A stretch of 64,000 bases of DNA from a virus: IMG/VR virus record IMGVR_UViG_3300044655_002046. One strand, given 5' to 3'. The first letter of the stretch is position 1. Every line of letters begins with the position of its first letter. The notes beneath the pieces were generated by a model. It searched no databases. It worked only from the letters and a program-made list of their open reading frames with translations, and was not told the origin of the DNA. Of the stretch, positions 56,567 through 64,000 are shown one piece after another. The position numbers and the translations under genes were made by a program.

Positions 56567-57068
56567 GATATACTGCTCCTACTATGCTTTGCACTGATTC
56601 CTCCGAGTAGCCGAACCAACGCGCTAGTTGGGCCGCCACTATTGGCCTATTAGCCGAGTTGGCCAGCATCATAAAGTTGTTAATTAATGGTGTATCGGGC
56701 ATTCGCTTTCTTATTAATACCTCGAGGCCCTCGGAGGTTACATTAGGCCTTTCTCTTCTATCAGCTCGCATCTGCATGGCCTGCGGTAGTCTTACACCTA
56801 TAGTAGCTGCATTTAGCGCTAGTACCTGGCCCGGCATCATACGACGGGGGCTATTAACTAACTCTATACCACTCAATAGCCATACAGCATCTAACCAGTA
56901 GGGCCTGGGTAGTATTACTGTTAGTGCGTAGCCCGCGCGCGCATCACGAGTATCCGCATCGTACGTATATTGTGTTAGGAGCCTGAATTGATTTACATGA
57001 GAGCTAATACCGCCCGCGCGGGCTATAGCTCTCTCTAGTTCATCCCCATCCTTACTAGTAGTTCTCAT
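56556..57068 (-). CDS. hypothetical baseplate protein (weak LysM/gp53-like segment)
   Basis: ELVNSPRRMMPGQVL segment; position between the lysin and spike genes. Confidence 0.45.
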   Translation of the reverse strand: MRTTSKDGDELERAIARAGGISSHVNQFRLLTQYTYDADTRDARAGYALTVILPRPYWLDAVWLLSGIELVNSPRRMMPGQVLALNAATIGVRLPQAMQMRADRRERPNVTSEGLEVLIRKRMPDTPLINNFMMLANSANRPIVAAQLARWFGYSEESVQSIVGAVYRAN

Positions 57069-57072
57069 AGGT

Positions 57073-58269
57073 CTATATTAATCCCTTTAATACACTAAGG
57101 CGCGGGTCTACTGCATTCAGACCCCCACCTATACCAGATCTTACTCTCCACTCGAAGTGAAGATGAGGGCCAGTGCTATGGCCAGTACTGCCTACTTCGC
57201 CTATTACTTGTCCCTGCTGCACTATGTCTCCTAGTTTAACAGCAAACTTGCTCATATGCGCGTACCAGCTCTGATTGCCCCCTACGTGTTCTAGTCTAAC
57301 TATATTACCAAATCCATTATTCTCAAATCCGACTGATATCACTTTGCCCGCCATAGTGGCTAATATAGGTGTGCCTATTGGGGCCCCTATATCTATGCCG
57401 TTGTGCATCCTACCCCAGCGCCAGCCGAACCCACTAGTCAGAGATCCCTTAGAGGGTATTATGCCACTCCCAGAGCCTGGCCTACCAGGTATTACCTGAC
57501 CTGCCAATGCGCTTACCTCATTGAACTGAAACCCGGGGGCTCCTGCTCCATAGGATACAGTATTATTAGTCATAGCTCTATTAACCTGAGGTATAGAGCC
57601 CGTATGAGTAATAGCATCGCGCTGGTTATAGGGCCACTTGAATTCTCCTGTACGATTGAATATAGCATTAACAAATCCATCTATACCCTCCGCTAATGCC
57701 TGCGCTAACTGTTCATTAGAATAAGCACTATCGCCCGGTATAGTGGGAGCATTACCCCCACCACCACCACTCAAAGTAGATGGTGCCGGGCCCTGTCCTC
57801 GTCTATAGGCTAGGTACTGTTTATATAGAGTATCTAGCGTATTCTCGCCACCTCGTGCTTCAGAGGCCCCCGGTAGACTAGTCCATTGTTTCCGTAGCTT
57901 GTTATAGTAGCTTAGGATGTTACCACTCATGACCTCCTCTACCGTAGTACCAGTCTCATCGAGTATTAAATATAATATCGCTAGATCCTGGTTCAGAGGG
58001 CTGAAGTCAGATAACATTCCCCCAGTTTCTCTATTAATACCATCCCATGTCACATCTAAGATCTGGTATCTACCTGCAGCCGTGGTGTAGTTCCCCCCAC
58101 TTCGTATTGGGAATCTCTTGCGGGGGTGGTCCGCGTAACTACTGAATTTAGATCCACCGTATAGTGTGTTGTAGTCGGCCCCCTCAAATTGTCCATCACT
58201 AATTACATCCAGGAGGGCCCTAAACTCAGGCCTATTCAGTAGAGGTTGTAGATTCTCTCTATTCCACAT
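57073..58269 (-). CDS. lambda-type (GH104-like) muramidase fused to M23 endopeptidase
   Basis: YNTLYGG.KF..YADHP...TAAGRYQIL..TW motif; M23 zinc motifs HNGID, YAHMS and GPHLHFE. Confidence 0.9.
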   Translation of the reverse strand: MWNRENLQPLLNRPEFRALLDVISDGQFEGADYNTLYGGSKFSSYADHPRKRFPIRSGGNYTTAAGRYQILDVTWDGINRETGGMLSDFSPLNQDLAILYLILDETGTTVEEVMSGNILSYYNKLRKQWTSLPGASEARGGENTLDTLYKQYLAYRRGQGPAPSTLSGGGGGNAPTIPGDSAYSNEQLAQALAEGIDGFVNAIFNRTGEFKWPYNQRDAITHTGSIPQVNRAMTNNTVSYGAGAPGFQFNEVSALAGQVIPGRPGSGSGIIPSKGSLTSGFGWRWGRMHNGIDIGAPIGTPILATMAGKVISVGFENNGFGNIVRLEHVGGNQSWYAHMSKFAVKLGDIVQQGQVIGEVGSTGHSTGPHLHFEWRVRSGIGGGLNAVDPRLSVLKGLI

Positions 58270-59834
58270 TATCTTGGTGCTCCTCCCTTCAGGGATTGTA
58301 GAACAGCACGGGCCTTCCCTTCGAAATAGGCATTTTGTGCTGCTGTATCATTTCCTCTCATTAGGGCCTCTACCTGCGCGTTCAATATTCCTACCTCAAC
58401 TAGCGGTACTCCCCTATTGGGCCCGTATAAGCCATTGCGATGATTTCTCGTGAAGGCGCCGAATGTTTGAGCTAGTCTATCCTCGTATGGTAGTATTTCC
58501 TTACGGCTAGGTATGACGCCAGTGGAACCCCTATACTCCCCTGCCGCACCTGCGTCAAAGTGTATCTCTAGAACACCCGCGCCATTGGTCTTCTCTTGCA
58601 CGGCTCTATCTAGCACTGATTGCCAGGAGGTACCTATTGGTGGTAAGAATATAGATAGTTGGAGACCGTAAGAGGGGGCTAGTCTCTCCATTATTTTGAG
58701 GACCTGTTCATTCATCCAGCTCTCCGCTGACTGACCGGGGGCCTGGGGTAGAGATGTGCCGGCAGCTCCACTAGTACCTGATCTACCATCGCGGTGGCCG
58801 GCTGTTATGAACCAGCGAGTAGGCTCCTTATTAGTAGCACTCTGCCAGTCCTTATCATTCTTACGGCTTTCATTATATGTATCAGATACCTCAGGCCCCC
58901 TCTGTGTAGGTATGTCTTGTGGTCTATCCTCAACGCGCGCTATGCCCTCAGCCTGTCGTTGTAGATTCTGGCGGCTAGCCTCTAGGTAGGCCTGACATAA
59001 CCGCCTCTCTTCTTGTATACGATAGGAAACTGTTATAGCAGTAGTTGTAGATACAGGCTCCTCCTCCTGCCCCGCTACCATAGGTGTTATGCCGCTAGGC
59101 AGTGACTCCGTGGTAGCCGATGTAGGCCTGATACCCTGCATTCTCTCTAGTCCATCCGCCCGGGCGCAGTGTCGTGCTGATAGCTGCAGGAGGTGATTGA
59201 CACTGCTGCGGCGGTCGCCGTTAGCTACCAGGTAGATGTTACTATCACTGAATAATATATTCTCTCCGCTTGTATAGAGAGAGCGGGTGCCTGCGTCATT
59301 GCGTATCTCGATAACGCCTGGGCGGGGCTGTCTATCATAGGCCTCTGCTAGTGAGCCATAATCAGGGCTATCATATGCCGTATCCAGTGAATTGATGCCT
59401 GTTACGTGAAAGAAGGCATTGGGCTGTGCTATACGATTAGGATGTCCTAGCGGTTGGTTGAATGTCTGACCCTCGGGGCCGCGCTGATTAGGCTCCTGTA
59501 AATCACCATCTACGTATAGCTTATCGTAGTTACCCTCCGAGGTATATCCGCCTAGGATGAAAGCATCCTCCATCTTCCCATCATTGAAGCCCACTATGAC
59601 TGGCTGTCCTATCTCGAGTGGGTTGTATACACCTAGCCCATTATGACCAAAGGGCCCGCTCATCCTGACGTTATCCAGGATCATACCCTTCATTAGGCGC
59701 ACCGAGCAGAAGTTACCTAGGCGGCCCTCCCTACTGATACTATGGACTATGCCGCGCTGTGTGCCCCACTGGCTCTTACTGTATTTATAGGAATGGGGCT
59801 CAGAGTATAGGCCGCCATTGTTATTAGCAAACAT
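58269..59834 (-). CDS. gp5/VgrG-type OB-fold baseplate protein fused to Amidase_3 N-acetylmuramoyl-L-alanine amidase
   Basis: N-terminal ...NP.EIGQ.V.VGF.DG..E..FILG (OB fold). Amidase Zn/catalytic residues appear in AGH, AES, EIHFD and LVEVG. Confidence 0.75.
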   Translation of the reverse strand: MFANNNGGLYSEPHSYKYSKSQWGTQRGIVHSISREGRLGNFCSVRLMKGMILDNVRMSGPFGHNGLGVYNPLEIGQPVIVGFNDGKMEDAFILGGYTSEGNYDKLYVDGDLQEPNQRGPEGQTFNQPLGHPNRIAQPNAFFHVTGINSLDTAYDSPDYGSLAEAYDRQPRPGVIEIRNDAGTRSLYTSGENILFSDSNIYLVANGDRRSSVNHLLQLSARHCARADGLERMQGIRPTSATTESLPSGITPMVAGQEEEPVSTTTAITVSYRIQEERRLCQAYLEASRQNLQRQAEGIARVEDRPQDIPTQRGPEVSDTYNESRKNDKDWQSATNKEPTRWFITAGHRDGRSGTSGAAGTSLPQAPGQSAESWMNEQVLKIMERLAPSYGLQLSIFLPPIGTSWQSVLDRAVQEKTNGAGVLEIHFDAGAAGEYRGSTGVIPSRKEILPYEDRLAQTFGAFTRNHRNGLYGPNRGVPLVEVGILNAQVEALMRGNDTAAQNAYFEGKARAVLQSLKGGAPR

Positions 59835-61705
59835 TAATCAGCGCTTCCTTGAATAGTAGTAGTGTAATCTCTGTGTGTTAACTTATGACGAATCGAGCGT
59901 ACCTTGTACTTCGGTAGTACCGCATTAGCTAGATCAGCATCTACATTGCTGACTATGCGGCCACTATTAGGATCAGCATAGTTCTCATCAGTGGCATTGA
60001 CGTGGGCGCCCACGTATCGTGTTAGTATATCACTGCCATCAGGAAAGGGCACGACCCGCGCCGAGGGACTACTTGCTACGTGTTCTCGCATGCGTGCTGA
60101 TAGTTCACTCAGCTCCTTCTTAGTAGCGTGCATAGCCCTCTCCTCTGCTATAGAATCGTATGCTGATATAATCTGCCTATCGTGTATCAATGTATTATAC
60201 ACCTGAAATATCTCATTCGGATACCAGGTGGGGTCCCCCACTATCGTGATTTGTATCGTGCTAATATCTCTACTGGTACGGCGGGCCATACCTAAACCAA
60301 CTAGTAGTGCCCCTGTCTCCTTACTGATGCCTGCGTCAGTATAGGCGCTTAGGTTCTTATCCTCAATGACAGTGGCTCTACATGCAATAGGAGGATTTCT
60401 ATCAGCGTATTTATAGGGCGTGGCCTGTAATGTAACCTCAATGGCATCATTAAATGAATCAGAGGCGCCATTACCTCCATCATCAGTCACTATAAAGCGG
60501 TTAGTTGTGGCTATACTACTACTTACTACCCGCATAGAGAGTATGCGTTGTCTCTCATCAGGACATATGTTAAGACCCGCTGGTAGGCTGCGGAAGAAAT
60601 AGGTTCTATACAGCCTATTGGGATCTTGGAAGCCACTAGTATCGCCGCTATTAGGCGCTATTATAAAATCACCATTGATATGGCTAAATGAGGCGTCTAC
60701 TACGCGCTCCTCCTTGAGTAGAAACGCCGCTTGTATTATATCAGCGGGGCTCTCATTAATAAAGTTGAATACCCCACGGTTCTGCCCCTGCTCGATAGGC
60801 GGGCGCTGTAACCATATATGAGTACGGGGGTTACCTCCTGGGCTCATAGGTGTGAACATAGCAGCCCGTGTCCAACGCGGCGCATCTACTAGCTCTTCGC
60901 CTGGCGTAAGCTTATTCATGTCCTGTATAATCTTAACCTCAGAATTACTCGCATCTCCGGCTATTAGTTTATTAGCGAATAAGTATTCTATCTTACCATC
61001 TGCGCCTATGTCGTAGCCGCGTACAGTCATACCCTCCTTGAACTCTTTCCAGCAGCTGGCTACCTGCGGGCCGCTCTCTGTTTCAATAGGGGAGTAACCT
61101 ACTGCAAAGTTCAGTATCTTACGCAGTATGAGGGCTCTATCGCCCTTCTGTTCCGGTGTGGGGGCACTGAATAAGGTATCTGGGTTAGATAGAACACGTG
61201 TGTTGTGTAATAGCCTCATACGATCTTGACACGATAGCACTACCTGCACACCTGTATTAGCATCAGCCGTTACCTCTACCTTCTCAATGAAGCCCCAGAA
61301 TACAGGGAATAGAGTAGCGCCTTCCTTCGGTATCATATCTGTATCTGGTATAGGAAATGGGATATCAGATAGATTACTGATATCCAGTACCTGTTTATCT
61401 GACCCTACCATCCCCATGTAAATTCGTATCTCATCCTCCTCGCTGAGGTAGGGGTAGCGCCCGCCTCTGTACTTACTAACATCAGGCAGCGCTGGTAGTA
61501 ATCCCGGCGCATCTGGTACGGTTAGTGTTACGCGAGCTCTATTTATATTCCAGTTATCGGCGTTGGTTATAACATCTACGGCGCGTACAGTCCAGCGACT
61601 CTTGTTTATATCAGTAGCACATATCTGAGTGCCAAATAATATAGGTTGTATATCATTAACAGCTGTGGCCAGCGTTATTACTGCAGCAGGTGTCTTAGGA
61701 CGCAT
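59834..61705 (-). CDS. baseplate hub protein (gp27/gp44-like)
   Basis: DEIRIYMG...VFWGFIEKV.V...V.LSCQDRMR.L and ITIVGDP motifs; position after the tail tube. Confidence 0.7.
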   Translation of the reverse strand: MRPKTPAAVITLATAVNDIQPILFGTQICATDINKSRWTVRAVDVITNADNWNINRARVTLTVPDAPGLLPALPDVSKYRGGRYPYLSEEDEIRIYMGMVGSDKQVLDISNLSDIPFPIPDTDMIPKEGATLFPVFWGFIEKVEVTADANTGVQVVLSCQDRMRLLHNTRVLSNPDTLFSAPTPEQKGDRALILRKILNFAVGYSPIETESGPQVASCWKEFKEGMTVRGYDIGADGKIEYLFANKLIAGDASNSEVKIIQDMNKLTPGEELVDAPRWTRAAMFTPMSPGGNPRTHIWLQRPPIEQGQNRGVFNFINESPADIIQAAFLLKEERVVDASFSHINGDFIIAPNSGDTSGFQDPNRLYRTYFFRSLPAGLNICPDERQRILSMRVVSSSIATTNRFIVTDDGGNGASDSFNDAIEVTLQATPYKYADRNPPIACRATVIEDKNLSAYTDAGISKETGALLVGLGMARRTSRDISTIQITIVGDPTWYPNEIFQVYNTLIHDRQIISAYDSIAEERAMHATKKELSELSARMREHVASSPSARVVPFPDGSDILTRYVGAHVNATDENYADPNSGRIVSNVDADLANAVLPKYKVRSIRHKLTHRDYTTTIQGSAD

Positions 61706-61712
61706 AATTAAT

Positions 61713-61742
61713 AAAAAAGGGACTCAGGAAATCCTGAGTCCC
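61713..61742 (-). terminator. intrinsic terminator after tail tube gene
   Basis: The minus strand reads GGGACTCAGGA-tt-TCCTGAGTCCC-TTTTTT: an 11-bp perfect stem plus U-tract. Confidence 0.9.
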
Positions 61743-61763
61743 ATAGGCGGAGAGAATGTGGGA

Positions 61764-62474
61764 TTATTGTGTAATACTATTCCCAAACGATGAGGAAGAG
61801 CTTCCCACAGATATAGGACGAGTTGTGTTTTTGAACTGCTGAACAGATTCAGGAATATACCTAATACCTTCAGCTACACCTTCCCAACGTTGTGCAGGTA
61901 CGCGACGACCAGGCATGAAGCCGACGCTGTAATTATCTACCTTGCATCTAGTTATCTCATATCTAAACTTCGCCCTACGATTACGACTAGCAGCACTATT
62001 AGTAGGGAACTCTATGCCGCTCTGATTATCGCCATTAGAAGCGATATTCCAGTAATCGAGGGATCCTAATCTACGGCTATCTGCTCCACTACGAGTTAGT
62101 GGATTAGTTACTAACTCAGCCGCATTAGCATCGAAGGTAATCTGGAACCGGGGGCTCCGACCTAGTATTTGATCACGACCAATTTCATTAGTGCCGAACG
62201 TGCGGCCCATAAATTCACCATCAACTAAACCTTGTTCTAGTACCCACGCGATGTTATATTCCCCGTCTAGATAGACAGGTACGCGTTGGCCTAATTCTAA
62301 ATAGGTCTCAGTCGAATTTCTAATACTGAGCGTCAGGGACTGGAACTTACCGAACCAGGCAACCTGTCCGCTACTAGTGTCATTAACCCAGACCTCGAAG
62401 TCAAACCCACTAAAGGGATCGAGACCGAAGTTATTGACAGCAGGAGTGAGGAAAAGAGCGTCTTTAGATGACAT
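61764..62474 (-). CDS. tail tube protein
   Basis: Directly downstream of the sheath gene and followed by a terminator; G.FQSLTLSIRN.TE.Y.ELG...LDGE..IAWVLEQG pattern. Confidence 0.75.
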   Translation of the reverse strand: MSSKDALFLTPAVNNFGLDPFSGFDFEVWVNDTSSGQVAWFGKFQSLTLSIRNSTETYLELGQRVPVYLDGEYNIAWVLEQGLVDGEFMGRTFGTNEIGRDQILGRSPRFQITFDANAAELVTNPLTRSGADSRRLGSLDYWNIASNGDNQSGIEFPTNSAASRNRRAKFRYEITRCKVDNYSVGFMPGRRVPAQRWEGVAEGIRYIPESVQQFKNTTRPISVGSSSSSFGNSITQ

Positions 62475-62478
62475 TATA

Positions 62479-64000
62479 TTACTCGCCTAAGGGACTGGTT
62501 TCTGTATCGCGGCTAATCGTTACGTAGATATAATCTGCGCTATAGAGGGGCTGGAATTGTAAACTAACGTATAGTTCGCGGTTAAAGTAAGACGCTGTAC
62601 TATTATTGCTGCTATCGATAATGGCAGGCCGGAAGCTAACAATGCTACCATTCCGCTTGAGCTCACCCATAAAGGCATTAAGAGCAGCGGCTATCTGATT
62701 ACGGACTAAACGACTATTAGGCATAGCCACATAATTCCGCAGGATAGCGTGAGCGCCCTGTCTAACAACGTCGTGAGCCCGGCGTAGATATATACGCTCC
62801 CACGCAGGATCAGTAGATAGTGTAACACCACTAGCAAAACGGTATGTACGGTCAATTGTATCCAGACTTAGTACCTCTAACCGCGCAGCTGAATAGATGT
62901 CCTGATTGCTGCGGCTGGCATAATTATCCGTATCAGACTCTATGATGTTAGGGAGGGGCCCGACAATAGACCGCGCTGCAGGACTGACATAGAAGTCAAT
63001 AGCAGCTAATTTACCTGCGTAAACAGCAGCACCAGGCGCGCCATAGCGACTACTATTAGGTTGGCCAGCGTACGTAAACCAGCCTGCTACCATAACCGCG
63101 CGGGTGGAGTTGAATCCACGTGTAACACTGGCGGCCAGAGTAGGGGTAGTGCGCGGAGGAGCAGCTAACACTGCTATACGAAGACCATCACTATCACGAG
63201 CACGTTCGGCTTCAGTAATAAGAGCCTGCTGAACACCTACGTTAGTAGTGCCCACTAGGAGAATATGCACAGGTTGGTTCTCTAGGGTACGGATGATGCT
63301 AACATAGTCATCATTAGCTACAGGAGGCCCGTCGTATCCATTCTCTAGTGTCACATCCACCAACACATTAGGACCATAAAAGTCCACGTGGGTAGAGTTC
63401 TCAACATCAGTCTCACTCTCGTCAGGCGGGGCTAGTCTCAGCGGTGACTGACGTACTAGAGCGGCGTCGTAATTAATCGAGTCGATGGACTTAGGTAAGA
63501 AGAAGCCTCGGATAAACTTCGAATCGAGGAGTGCATTTAATTCACCTGATTCGTTTGTATCCTCCAGTTTAACAGTGTAAACTTCATCAGCGAGAGGCGG
63601 GTTGAAGGCACTACCATTTAAGTCTTGTACAGTAAGGCGAAACTCGCTATTACTCACAGGATAGATACTAACCGTAACTTGATTACCCCAGTTACCCTCA
63701 CTGGCTGCTTGGAGGCGCAAGAGAGGGGTACCATTGAAGGTATAGAAATCACGGAATGCGCTACGAGGACCATCCAATCCGCCCTGGAATGAAGTGAAAT
63801 GAGTAACGGGATTCAGAGGAACAGTGACTAATGCCGGGCTAGTGGTAAATCCTCTATTAGTGGTGTTATCAACTGCCTCTACGTAGAACGAGAAGCGATT
63901 GCTGATAGAACCAGTGAGGGAGGGCTCTAATTGAATGACCACTCCGTTGTCCTGAGAGTTACGAGTAATTTCACCAAAGGGCTCCACACCTGCAGAGGCA
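62479..64000 (-). CDS. contractile tail sheath protein (5' end beyond the window)
   Basis: A.SEGNWGN.VTV, RFASGVTLSTDPAW..I..RR..D and FQPLYSADYI motifs; the frame is open to the window edge. Confidence 0.92.
   Translation of the reverse strand, partial: ASAGVEPFGEITRNSQDNGVVIQLEPSLTGSISNRFSFYVEAVDNTTNRGFTTSPALVTVPLNPVTHFTSFQGGLDGPRSAFRDFYTFNGTPLLRLQAASEGNWGNQVTVSIYPVSNSEFRLTVQDLNGSAFNPPLADEVYTVKLEDTNESGELNALLDSKFIRGFFLPKSIDSINYDAALVRQSPLRLAPPDESETDVENSTHVDFYGPNVLVDVTLENGYDGPPVANDDYVSIIRTLENQPVHILLVGTTNVGVQQALITEAERARDSDGLRIAVLAAPPRTTPTLAASVTRGFNSTRAVMVAGWFTYAGQPNSSRYGAPGAAVYAGKLAAIDFYVSPAARSIVGPLPNIIESDTDNYASRSNQDIYSAARLEVLSLDTIDRTYRFASGVTLSTDPAWERIYLRRAHDVVRQGAHAILRNYVAMPNSRLVRNQIAAALNAFMGELKRNGSIVSFRPAIIDSSNNSTASYFNRELYVSLQFQPLYSADYIYVTISRDTETSPLGE

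Noticed and set aside
1-64000. tRNA, rRNA, capsid, portal or integrase genes
   Set aside because: No cloverleaf/T-loop signatures or matching protein motifs were seen. Head genes probably lie beyond the right edge.

Overview
This window is 64 kb of a large contractile-tailed (myovirus) cyanophage genome. From recollection, the gene order and content resemble Microcystis phages of the Ma-LMM01/MaMV-DC type; no database search was run. The left ~9.4 kb (+ strand) is a replication/recombination module: primase, an aaRS-like/MazG-like fusion, a radical SAM pair, a RuvC-like resolvase, a Cas4/RecB-like nuclease and HTH proteins. From 9.5 kb to the right edge (- strand) is a virion module: a 2902-aa tape-measure-like protein, terminase large subunit, baseplate/DUF4815-like proteins, a flavin N-monooxygenase, tail fibre, baseplate J and gp25, spike, lysozyme-M23, gp5-OB-amidase, hub, tail tube and a sheath gene running off the window. 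Four foreign inserts interrupt the backbone. (1) A ~0.44 kb orphan higA cassette carrying a nonsense codon. (2) A 6.24 kb cyanobacterial island with intact selO, brnT/brnA remnants and an inverted-repeat-bounded array of shuffled small paralogues. (3) A ~1.2 kb cyanobacterial PEP-CTERM-type domain fused in frame to a baseplate gene through a 63-bp tandem repeat. (4) A non-autonomous IS200/IS605-type IsrB-omegaRNA element inserted within a stop codon. The most striking observation is that inserts 2 and 3 are both bounded by GTAA/TTAC direct repeats and carry a GTAAGTA(C/G)(C/G)TAG end on one side only. Removing either insert restores a phage reading frame. This suggests a repeatable one-ended host-DNA capture route into the phage tail genes. 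All functional calls come from motif recognition by eye.
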